NCBI GenBank assembly: GCA_963575745.1
Contig: CAUYUJ010000242.1
Coordinates: 1 to 64,000, forward strand
DNA from: Prorocentrum cordatum
Lineage: Eukaryota
Reading direction: 5' to 3'
DNA: 64,000 bases
Shown here: one piece after another, positions 18,400-28,700 of the stretch
Numbering within the stretch: the first letter of the stretch is position 1
Layout: each line of letters opens with the position of its first letter
Program-made: the position numbers and the translations under genes
The notes under the pieces: model-generated
Seen by the model: the letters and a program-made list of their open reading frames with translations, nothing else
What the model was told of the DNA's origin: nothing
Databases searched by the model: none

Positions 18400-19375
18400 G
18401 ATGGTAAGTGACTCCCAACTGCATATTCGCGATCGGGACATGCTCACTAGATGTAGCCAGGTTCGCAGATCTGCAAAAGCGACAGATGCTGGAGGGAAGT
18501 GTAGATTTTCGTCGAGCAGTGCAGGCATTCATGCTGCAGCCGAAGAGGAAGCGGCTGAGCGCGAGGCAGTTTTTCAAGGCCTCGCGGGGGAGGAGTTGCA
18601 AGATACCGTGATTAGACCGTGCATCCCGAGCGAACAATCATCGTCGGATGCATGTGAGCGGAAGGACTGCAGAGGAGAGTTCAGGGGACATCGAATACGG
18701 AAAAGAAGCGGATGCAACGATGAAGGGGAGAGGAGGCGGAGGGTGTTGACGAGGGGAGTGGGGAACCCGAGGACGCTGCGGAGGAGGATTACGTTGAGGA
18801 GGAGGACGAGGAGGAGGATGAGGGAGCGCCAGAACGCATGTTGGATGAAGTTTTGCGAGTATGGAGCCTGCCACCCTAATTATGCGGATTGGCTCGCCTC
18901 CTGCAACTCTCACACGACATGGACGACGGGCAGAGGGGCCTTCAAACTCAAAGCAGAGCTTGCAGTTCCTTTTGGGTGTCGTTCCCCAAACGCACGTTGG
19001 CGCTGCAAGCTGCAGGGCCCCGCCCTTGATCGGGACAAACCCTGGGGCGCTCGAGGGGATGGTCTCGCCAGTGTGCCCCAAAGAAGCGCAGCTCGTGTCC
19101 AGTGGGATTGGAGAGGCCTGCTGGCCGGTGCCGCCGACCCTGATCGAAAGGGCTAGGAGTGGGGGGAGGAAGCGGAGGATGAGGAGGAGGACGAGGAGGA
19201 GGAGGAGGAGGAGGAAGAGGAGGAGGTGGAGGAGGAGGAGGAGGGATTTTGCTGGAGAACCAAGCGGTGGGCGCAGCGGCCAGGGCATTCTTCCGAACCT
19301 CTGGTCGCGGGCACCGGCTCGCTGCCACGTCGTGCCCGCCACGCTGCGCACCGCCACGTCGCTCCCACCTCACGC
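18400..19375 (+). pseudogene. Probable highly decayed Copia gag/protease fragment
   Basis: QAFMLQPKRKRLSARQFFKASRG resembles LMTQAKKARAEAEKARDFYRG of the intact element. An acidic tract and an APPLIG..LE protease-like tail follow. Many stops. Confidence 0.3.
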
Positions 19376-19512
19376 CCAGAGATGGGCCCTCCTCCTCCTC
19401 CTCCTCCTCCTCCTCCTCCTCCTCCTCAGCTGCCCCTTTCGATCGAGCGATATCAGGCAGCTTCAGCGGCAGCACCCCCATCGGTCCCCTCCAGCCATCA
19501 TGTTTTGATAGA

Positions 19513-20965
19513 ATGAGCGGGCCCAGGGACGGGAGCGGCGGCGGTTGGCGGAGCTTGCGGACGGTGGTGTACAACCCGTTGACTCTCGCCGCCCCGCTCA
19601 GGCTCAACGACATTTCGAAGGAGTACCAGTCTGTCGACATCATATTCCTCCAGGGGACGACGGTCAGGAGTCGAGGGGAACCATCGAGGCAGGTCACAGC
19701 AGAGCATATGGTTGTGCATTCGGGCTACGGCAGAGACAATAATCATGCGCGTGGTGTGGCAATTGCGCTTCGCAGACACAGATATGCTGAGACACACATC
19801 GTGCGCATGGTCGAGGGCCACAAGAAGCTACAGGGCAGAGCACTCATGGTCAGATACAAAAGGGGTCGCCAGGACCTAGCGTTGTTTGTGCTGTACTACC
19901 CGACTAGAGGTAAGGGGAAAGGGGCGGTGACAGAGCAGAAGGCCACATCCTCGGAACTCACGAAGTGGTTGCACGACCAGCTCAATTCTCTTCCAGCACG
20001 GTACCTCCCGTTGATTGGAATGGATCTTAATTCAGAATGCGGACTGGATGGGACGTCACTAGTCACGGGTACGATCATGCCAGCCGCGGAGGGACCCAAC
20101 TTTCGCAGCATCAAGCCAACGTTGCAGGCGCACGACCTGGTGTTGGCCAACACGTACTTCAACGCGGGCGCCACATATTACGGCATCTCATCAAAAGTTG
20201 TGAGACGCATAGATTTTCCGGCGTGCCCGCGTAGTATGATTCAAAACGTAGAAAAGTGTTTCGTCTCAGTTAACAAGGGTAGGAGATTGCAGCACATCAG
20301 GTGTAATACGCGAAAGGACCACTTCCCACTCTACACGGCTATGTGGCACACGTACGAGTACCAGACGAAGCCCAGGATGCTGAAGTACAGTCAGGAAGCG
20401 TGCAACGCAGTACTGCTGTACGGCACAGGCAGAAGACAGTTCGTGGCACAGGTCGAAGAGCGGCTGTCGGAACACAAGCAGCAGTTCGAAGAGTGGGAGA
20501 TGGCAGGAGATGTGGACCAACTTAACGCGGGCATCATGCAGATTGTACAAGAGGTAGCAGCAGAGCAATTGCAGGAGTCTCCAGGGCACGTTGAACAAAG
20601 GGAAGATACATTGGCACAGAGCTCGCAACTTAAAAAATACTCAAGGCGAGACGTCAGGCCAAGGAGAACGAGACGAAGTACCCTGATGAAGCAATATTGA
20701 AGTAGCCAGATTAAGTCGACAGTTGAAGAAGTTGAAGAGGCAGTTTATTCAATCACTGATGGAAAAACGCATAGAGGGGCTTTGGGGTGAATGGAAAGCC
20801 AGGAGATTCTACGACGCCCACAAGATAGCGAGACTATTGGCTGGAATTTGTCGCGGGCCGCGAGGCCGACGGTACAACAGAGCGCCCACATCAAGGGCAT
20901 CGGCAGCATAATGGATCGACAAGTTCCAGCTGGCAGGAGAAGAAGGTGGGGCACGAGCGCAACTG
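19513..20965 (+). pseudogene. LINE-A apurinic-like endonuclease and linker (frameshift at ~20630-20700, stop at 20909-20911)
   Basis: VVYNP, IIFLQGT, GVAIAL, IGMDLN, RRIDF and DHFPL motifs. Confidence 0.85.
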
Positions 20966-21337
20966 CCCGAGCGCAACTGTCCGGCCTGGAAGGCCTCCGG
21001 CGTCCGCCACTCGGACGCCCTGCCCGAGGGCCTCCTCCGCCCGCGGGGCCTCGCCGACAGGCGGCCGGCGGCGAAGCCGGCGCCGAGGAGGCCAGCGGCG
21101 CCCAGGGCAGTCGAGGGGCCGATTTTGCCCACCACCACCACCAGATGCAGGAGGAGGAGGAGGAGGAGGAGAGGGAGGAGGAGGAGGAGGAGGAGGAGAT
21201 CCGCAGCCCCTGGCTCAAGCCGTTTCCCTCCCATTTGGAGTGGTAAGGGCTCGAGGTGGCGCAGCGCCAGGTTGTTTCGCAGCTCGGAGCACCGCCCCGA
21301 CGGTCAAAGCTGCCAGCACACCGAACCGCCTGCAGTG

Positions 21338-22486
21338 ATGGGCAAGGGTGGCAGCGGCAAGGACAAGGCCAAGAAGAGCCAGGGCCAGGGGAAGGGAAAG
21401 GCACGCCCACCCCAGGCTCAGTCCATGTCGCAGGCGCCGTCATCTTTTTCGTGGACATGCCCAGGGTGCCACGCTCTAGTCAGCTTGCAACACCAATGGT
21501 GCTGGAGATGCGGCGTCCACTGGGAAGCTGAGGTGACATCGTCGGGCAGTGGGGTCTCCACACCGCAGCGCAAGGCGCAGCAGCCTACGGGCGCGGCGAG
21601 GAAGCCCAACACGTCAAACAAGCAGCAGATCCAGAAGTTGCAAGGCACGCTGGACTCTTTGAAGGCGCTGGCGGCGAAGCAGACTGGCGCAGACGAGGAG
21701 TCCACGATGGAAGCGTCCGAGGCCGTCACGGCTGTCCTGGAGAGGTTGCGTGAGGAGCGCGACAGCGAGAAGACAGTGTCCCAGCGGCAGCAGGCTCAGT
21801 TCGCCAAGCTGAACAAAGCCCAGAAGCAGCTGGAGGCCCAGACGCGTTATGTTCAGGAGCAGATGCAGGCGCTTCAGGACCTCGAGGTCAAGAAGGCGCT
21901 GCTGCAGGCCGAGGTTCAAGCAGCCGAGGCCACGCAGGCGGAGCTGGGGGACAAAGTGGCGGCCCTCAGGCTGCCGCAAGAGGCGGTGTATGACTACTAC
22001 TCAACGCCTCCAGGGCTCCCCGACCCGACGCCAGCGGGTAAAGGACAGGCCGTGGGTGCGCTCAGCCAGTTTGGGGTCGCCAACGGACAGGTGGACGCGC
22101 AGGCCTTCCTCCACAGCATGAACTTCCTCAGCACAGGGCTAGCCCCGAGTCTCATGCAGGAGCTCTGGCAGCCCATGGAGAGCTTCGCCGCGGAGATCCG
22201 TGCCCGCGGAGGCATGGCGCCTCCCGCGGAGAGCGCGGCCGCCGCCTCCAGCGCCTCACCGCAGACTGCGGAAGCAGGGCAGCCCATGGCGGCAGCTCGC
22301 GAGGAGGCTGCAGCGGCGGGGCATCGCGCTGAAGCAGATGCCCCCATGACTGCGGCGGCGCTGGCGGGCCGACGGGCTGCTGACGAGGCGCTGGCGAGCC
22401 AGGCGGACGAGAAGCTGAAGAGCGAGAGCGAGCAGGCAGCGGCTGCTGAGGCTGCGGCGCAGGCCGCAGGCCCATCGCGAGGGTAA
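21338..22486 (+). CDS. LINE-B ORF1: K/G-rich N-terminus, RanBP2-like zinc finger, coiled coil
   Basis: MGKGGSGKDK..; WTCPGC..WCWRCG; long Q/E/K heptad region. Confidence 0.8.
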   Translation: MGKGGSGKDKAKKSQGQGKGKARPPQAQSMSQAPSSFSWTCPGCHALVSLQHQWCWRCGVHWEAEVTSSGSGVSTPQRKAQQPTGAARKPNTSNKQQIQKLQGTLDSLKALAAKQTGADEESTMEASEAVTAVLERLREERDSEKTVSQRQQAQFAKLNKAQKQLEAQTRYVQEQMQALQDLEVKKALLQAEVQAAEATQAELGDKVAALRLPQEAVYDYYSTPPGLPDPTPAGKGQAVGALSQFGVANGQVDAQAFLHSMNFLSTGLAPSLMQELWQPMESFAAEIRARGGMAPPAESAAAASSASPQTAEAGQPMAAAREEAAAAGHRAEADAPMTAAALAGRRAADEALASQADEKLKSESEQAAAAEAAAQAAGPSRG

Positions 22487-22490
22487 CACC

Positions 22491-22789
22491 TTGCGGGCGG
22501 CAGCCGCCGCCGAGGGGCTGCAGGTGCTCACCGTCAACGGCAATTGCTGGACGACTGCAGCCAACCTCATCAAGCTCAGTGAGGCTCACATAGTACTGGT
22601 TCAAGAACATAAACTGCATGGTCAACGCCTTCTAGAGGCGAGGGAAGCGATGCGTAAGCTGGGTTGGAAGACGTTCTTTTCTCAGTGCGAGGTCACAACA
22701 GCCTTGGGGCGCTCGGTGGGAGTAGCCATTCTCGCCCGTGCGCATCTCGATGCCTGGAGCGACCCTCGGCAGCAAAATGATCTTGTAGC
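22491..22789 (+). pseudogene. LINE-B ORF2 N-terminus (endonuclease), interrupted
   Basis: LTVNGN, VLVQEHKL, GVAILAR. It joins in frame to 36364 when 22790-36363 is removed (NDLVA|HRLIHVYF). Confidence 0.9.
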
Positions 22790-23023
22790 TTGTATAGTCT
22801 TTTATGCTGGTAGACTGCAGGTTCAGCGTAGGGAAGTGGGGGCTTTGCCTTAGCCATTTGGGGTCCGTAGTCGTGGGCTCGAGATCGAGCCAGGACTCGG
22901 GGGTCCCGGGGGGCCGCGGGGCGGCCAAAACCGCAGCGTCCTGCACCGCCAGCTCTGGGGAGCGGGTGTGCGGACGTGGCCGGCGCTACCAGCCTCGTGG
23001 CGGGTGTGCGGGCCAGCGGTGCC

Positions 23024-25780
23024 ATGGCCGTGGGCTTCCTCGGGGCGCATGCCGTGATCTTGGCGGTTGGTGGGGCGTTCTCGGCCCAAGGGGCGATGGG
23101 TTGGTGGCTTCTTGGCCGCGCGGGGGACGCAATGTCCCCAGCGCCGGCGCCGCCATCTCAGCCCGGGCCGAAACTCCGGCCCGCGGGCGGCGGGGGGCAT
23201 GGCAAGGGGCGAGCTCCGCCCGCCAAGCCTGCGCCTGCGGGAAGGAAGGGGCGAGGGCCGCCGGCCAAACCTCCTGGGGTCACCATTACCACAACCACGA
23301 CGACGACTACGACGTCGACGACTACGACGACATCTTCGCAGCCCGGCCCGAGCCGCGAGCGCGGGGGCGAACCCGCAGTTAGCCCAGCCGCGGCCGGGCC
23401 CGCAGGGCCCATTTCCACTACGACTGGCGTCGGCCGCGCGCGCGGGAGCGGACCTTCGGGTAGCCCAGCCGCGGCCGAGCCAGCGGGCGGGTCGGGTGCC
23501 CAGGGCGGTCCCGGTAGGGAAGAGCCACGCACCCCGCCCACGCATCCTGGGAGACCCGGCGAGGCATCAGGCCAGCCGACGGGGTCCCTGGACACCTACG
23601 GGCCCGGCGAGGCAGCGCTGAGCTTCGACCCGCTGCGCTTGAGCTGGCTGGTTGCTGGCTGGTTGGCCTGCCGCGCGTTGGGCGCAGAGTTCCGACATCG
23701 CCGCATGGAGGCTGAGCTGGCCGAGAAAGGCGCCAACCTGCAGCTTTGGGCGACCGAGGCGCTCGACGCCGGGGAGAAGCTGGCCGAGGCCCGGTCGCGG
23801 TGCACTGCTCTGGAGGCCGAGCGGTCTCGTGCCGCCGAGGGAGCCGAAGCGTGGCGCCAGGCTTACGAAGAGGAGGCGACTCGCCGGCAGGAGACGGCAC
23901 GGCGACAGAGGATGGCCGAGAGGCTCGCCCAAGGGAAGAGCCAGGCGTGCGAGTACGAGCGGGCGCGCAGATTCCGTGCCGAGGAGGCCTTGGCGGGGAG
24001 CCGCGCGGACGTCGACGTCGACAACTTGTGGGCGTGGATCGACGGCCTGTTGGCATGGATCGACCGCCTGACGACGAACCTCGAGCTGGGGGCCACGATC
24101 GCCGAGAACCTGCGGGCCCGCGTCGACGAGCTCGAGCCCGGCGGGGTCGCTCCGACCGAAGGGGCCGGCGGCAGAGGAGGAAGAGGAGTGGGCGGCGGAG
24201 GCGAAGGAGCGGCGAGGGAGGAGGTCTCTCCGAGAGCGAGGATGAGGAGGCGGAGGAGGATGAGGAGGACCACTATCCAGGGGGAGCTCATTCCCGAGGA
24301 GCCCGAGGAGACCAGCCTCGGGGAGCATCGCGCCCTGGGCGACTCCGCGGCTGCCTCGGGCCTGGCGCCGGGAGCGGGCGACGATGGCGACGACGATGCG
24401 GGGGTGCCGGGAGGGTCAGAGGTCAAACTGGTCCGCGCCCACGAGGTCGTCCACGGCGCCCGGTTGCCGGCGGGTTGCTGGGGCTCCGTTGGCGCCAGCG
24501 CCCGCGCCGTCGCCGAGGCCCGCGCCGGTGCCAGCATCGGCGCCCGTGCCCCCGCCGACTCTGACACCAGGGAGTACCGCAACGGGGGGGCGCGCATGGG
24601 GTCGTGGACAGGCGCGGACGTGGAGCTCGGCGCTGTGCACCTGGGCGACGCCGGCGCCGACGACCGCACCGACACCTACGCCTCCGCCGTCGCCCGCGCT
24701 GGCCCAATCGCCTGCGCCCGCGCCCGCGCCGACGCCGACGCAATTTGCGACGCGCCCGCTGACGCCGGCGGCCGCGACTTCGACGCCTCCGCCGGCGCCA
24801 GCACTTTCGCCGCCGCCGCCGCGACCAGCGACGCCGATGCCGGAGCTGGCGCATATCGCAACGCGGCGCCTCCGCCGCCGGCTCCGGATCTTTGGCGCGG
24901 CGCTGGCCCCGAGCTGAAAGCGCGGCTGCGCCGGCGCGCCCTGCCCCTTGAGGGGGCCGGAGGCGCGCTCGCGGGGCACCGCTCTGAGCGGGCAACTGCG
25001 GAGGCGGCGGGGCGGGCGCTACCGGAGGCCAAGCAGTACTGGTTGACGGTTGCGCCCAAGACCTGGGAGGTCGCGCCGATGGATCGCGAGGAGTCCCCCC
25101 GAGAAGCCCCGGGGGCCCTGGAGTTGGGGCAGCCGCTGCTGGATGAGGCTCGCCGCCACCGCGCCGCGGGCGTGAGCGTCGCCGAGGACTTGAGGAGGGC
25201 CGCGGGGTCGGACGGGGCCGAGACGGTCGTGGAGGCCGACGAGGTTTGTGACCTGGACTGGGCCAGGCTCGGCGCCGCGGGCCCCGAAGAGGGCCCCGTT
25301 CCCAGCATTGACGCCACCACCGTCGTCGACCCCGCCGTCACCGCCTGCGCCATCGTCAGCGCCGACGCCAACGCCGACGCTGACATCGACGCCGATACAC
25401 GGGCTGGCACCGGGGCCGCCTCCTGCGACGCTAGCGCCGACGCCCCCAATGTCTCCGCCTCCGCCGCCTACAACGCCAGCGACGACGCCAGCGCGGGCGC
25501 CTACGCCGAGGCCGCCGCCGAGCCCGACGCCGGCGACCGCGCCCCCGGCTCCGACGCCTATGAGGACGTTGCCGCTTCCGCGGCCGCCAGCGCAGGCGCC
25601 AGCGCCCACGCTCCCAACGTCACCGCCGACGCCGGCGTCGGCGGCGAGCGCAGGCGCCAGCACCGACGCTATCGCCCTCACCCGCTCGGAGGCCGGCGAG
25701 GTCTGGGCCGTGCGTTGGTCCAGACCTGGCGCCAGGAGCTCCGACGTGGGACTCGGCACCCGCACCGACGCCAGCGTTGA
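23024..25780 (+). CDS. Hypothetical protein: hydrophobic N-terminal segments, P/T-rich region, coiled coil, then A/D-rich repeats
   Basis: MAVGFLGAHAVILAVGGAF..GWWLLG; LSWLVAGWLAC; coiled-coil-like MEAELAEK..LRARVDEL; NLWAWIDGLLAWIDRL. Confidence 0.45.
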   Translation: MAVGFLGAHAVILAVGGAFSAQGAMGWWLLGRAGDAMSPAPAPPSQPGPKLRPAGGGGHGKGRAPPAKPAPAGRKGRGPPAKPPGVTITTTTTTTTTSTTTTTSSQPGPSRERGGEPAVSPAAAGPAGPISTTTGVGRARGSGPSGSPAAAEPAGGSGAQGGPGREEPRTPPTHPGRPGEASGQPTGSLDTYGPGEAALSFDPLRLSWLVAGWLACRALGAEFRHRRMEAELAEKGANLQLWATEALDAGEKLAEARSRCTALEAERSRAAEGAEAWRQAYEEEATRRQETARRQRMAERLAQGKSQACEYERARRFRAEEALAGSRADVDVDNLWAWIDGLLAWIDRLTTNLELGATIAENLRARVDELEPGGVAPTEGAGGRGGRGVGGGGEGAAREEVSPRARMRRRRRMRRTTIQGELIPEEPEETSLGEHRALGDSAAASGLAPGAGDDGDDDAGVPGGSEVKLVRAHEVVHGARLPAGCWGSVGASARAVAEARAGASIGARAPADSDTREYRNGGARMGSWTGADVELGAVHLGDAGADDRTDTYASAVARAGPIACARARADADAICDAPADAGGRDFDASAGASTFAAAAATSDADAGAGAYRNAAPPPPAPDLWRGAGPELKARLRRRALPLEGAGGALAGHRSERATAEAAGRALPEAKQYWLTVAPKTWEVAPMDREESPREAPGALELGQPLLDEARRHRAAGVSVAEDLRRAAGSDGAETVVEADEVCDLDWARLGAAGPEEGPVPSIDATTVVDPAVTACAIVSADANADADIDADTRAGTGAASCDASADAPNVSASAAYNASDDASAGAYAEAAAEPDAGDRAPGSDAYEDVAASAAASAGASAHAPNVTADAGVGGERRRQHRRYRPHPLGGRRGLGRALVQTWRQELRRGTRHPHRRQR

Positions 25781-28700
25781 GGTCGGCTCCAGTATCACGG
25801 CCTACGCCAACGTCAGCGCCAGCACCGACGTCCGCGCCAACGCCGACGCCTCCGATGCCGATGCAGGCGCTACCGCCACCGCGACCGCCAACGCCGCGAC
25901 CGGCGCCGACGCTTGCACCACCGCCAACTCCGACACCGGCGCCTGTGCCAGCACGGACGACGAGGTCTGGGACTTAGAGTGGCTCCGGCTCGGCGCTGAC
26001 GCGGGCCCCGCTACCGGCATCGGCGTCAACGCAGACGACGTCAGCGGCGTCACCGCCTACGCCGAAACCAACGCCGCCGCCGACCCCAGCGGCGGCCCCG
26101 ACGACGCCGCGACGGTCGGCGTCAGCAGCGATACCATCGCAGGGATCGGGGCCGACGCCGACGCCGACAGGGACGTCTGCACGGGCACCGGCGCCCGCGC
26201 CGCCGCCAGCGTCGAGGCTGGCCCCAGCGTCAGCGACCGCGTCACCAGCACTACGCTTCCGCACGCGCGCGCTTGGCTCCGCAGGCTCTGTGCCGCTCAC
26301 GCGGGCTTCCCCGCGCGCGCGCGCTGCCCGTTCGGCTTTCTGTCGCGCTTAGCGCGACGCGCGCGTCTCGGGCTCTTCGCGGGCGCGGCTTCGCGCCGGC
26401 GGGCCGGCGCCGCGCGATCGGGGCTCGTTGGTCCCCTGCCTGAGCGAGGCCGTGGGGGCCAGCTCGGGCGCGCGCCGCGCGCTGCCGGCGGGGCTTGCCC
26501 AGCCGGGGTGCCGCAACTGCCCTCGCCGCCACCGCCGTGGGCCGCTCCGCGCCTGCCGAATCGCGAGGACTGCCGCGCGGGCGACTCCACCTCCACCACT
26601 GCTGACGCCAGCGCCGACGTCGACGCCAACGCCGCCGCCTGCTCCGATAGCGACGGCAGCGCCGACGCTGACGCGGGCGCCTACGCCGACGCTGAAACCG
26701 GCACGGAGACCGACACCGACGCCGGCATCGACGTGACCGCCTACACTGGGACCAGCGCCTGCGCTGCCGACGGCGCCCGCGCCCGCGCTGGCACTGGCGC
26801 CCGTGCCCACGCCGGCGCCGCCGCCAGCCCCAGCGCCAGCGACAGCGCCACCGGCGCCGACGTCGCGGTCGCGGGCGTGGTCGCACACCAGGGCACGCAC
26901 CATGGGGTGCACGCTGCTCAGTTCCGCATCTTAGCTGGCGCGCAGTGGAGGTTCGACCCCGCCCGGGTCCAGCCGTGCGAGGTGTCCATCACGGGTGCCC
27001 ATTCTAGGCTCGTCGAAATCGGCCAGGACGCGCAGCCGAAGGCCGACGCCGCCCATGTCCAGCAGGCCGTAGGACCTGGGACGGCTGTTCCGGCCAGGCT
27101 CGACTCCATCGTGCAGGACGTGCCGCGGAAAGCCGACCTTGCAGACTCCGACGCCAGCGCCGGCGCCGACGCCGCCGCGAGAGTCGGCGTCAGCACCGAT
27201 GCCAGCGCAGGGGCTGGGACCAACGCCGACGCCGACAGGGACGTCGGCACGGGCACCGGCGCCCACGCCGTCGCTGGCGCTGACGCTGGCCCCAGCGTCG
27301 GCGACTGCGCTACCGGCTACGCGCTTCCGCACGCACGGGCTTGGCCCCGCAGGCGCCGTGCAGCTCGCGCCGGCGTTCTCGCGTGCGCGCGCTGCCAGTT
27401 CTGCTTTCCGTCGCGGCAAGCGCGGCGCGCGCGTCTCGCGCCCATCGCGGGCGCGGCTTCGCGCCGGCGGGCCGGCGCCGTGCGGTTGGGTCGCGTTTGC
27501 CCCCCGCCTGAGCGAGGCCGTGGGGGCCAGCTCAGGCGCGCGCCGCACGCTGCCGGCAGGGCCTGCCCAGCCGGGGCGTCGCAGTTGCCCTCGCCGCCGC
27601 CGCTGCAGGCCGCTCCGCGCCTGCCGAGCTGCGAGGGCTGCCGCGAGGGCGACTCCGCCTCCGCCACCGCCGACGCCAGCGCCGACGTCGACGGCCCGTG
27701 GAGGGCCGCGGGGACGGACAGGGCCGAGACGGATGTGGAGGCCGACGAGGTTTGGGACATGGACTGGGCCAGGCTCGGCGCCGCGGGCCCCGACGGGGGC
27801 CCCGCTCCCAGCGCCGACGCCGCCACCGTCGTCGACACCGTCGTCACCGCCTGCGCCAACATCAGCGCCTCCTACGACGCCAGCGTCGACGCCCCCACCG
27901 TCCCCGCCTGCACCGACATCGACGCCGGCGACGGCGCCAGCGCCGACGCCTACGCCCGCGCCACCGCTCCCAGCGTCACCGCCGATGTCGGCATCAACGC
28001 CCTCGGGTCCAGGGCTCGCGCGGGCGCCGTCGCCTACTCGGCTGCCAGCGCAGGCGCCAGCCCCGGCGCTATCGCCCACGCCGAGGTCTGGGCCAGCGAG
28101 GTTTGGGCCATGGATTGGTCCAGGCTTGGCACCGGTTTTTCCGTCGTGGGATCCGGCACCGGTGCCGACGCCAGCGTTGAGGTCGGCCCCAGCATCCCGG
28201 CCTGCGCCAACATCAGCACCAGCACCGACACCCGCGCCGAAGCCGGCGCCTCCGATGCCGCTGCAGGCGCTGTCGGCGACGCCGCCTACGCCGAAATCAA
28301 CGCCAGCCCCGATGCCAGCACCGGCGCCGACGCCGCCGCGAGAGCCGGCGTCAGCATCGATACCAACGCGGGGGCTGGGACTAACGCCGGCGCCGACAGA
28401 GATCTCAGCACGGGCATCGGCCGCGCGGCTCGTGCGGGCGTTCTTGCGCGCACGCGCTGCCAGTTCCATTTTCGGTCACGCTTAGCGCGCGACGCGAGTT
28501 TGGCGCCCTTCGCGGGCGCGGCTTCGCGCCGGCGGGCCGGCGCCGCGCGGCTGGGTCGCGTTTGCCCCCTGCCTGAGCGAGGCCGTGGAGGCCAGCTCAG
28601 GCGCGCGCCGCGCGCTGCCGACGGGGCTGGCCCAGCCTGGGCGTCGCAGCGGCCCTCGCTGCCACCGCTGCATGCCGCTCCGCGCCTGCCCAGTTGCGAG

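Noticed and set aside
22851..22883. SL-like TAGCCATTTGGGG / CCGTAGTCGTGGGCTCGAG inside repeat A
   Set aside because: Only partial, gapped similarity to the SL and not at an element or ORF boundary; too weak to call.
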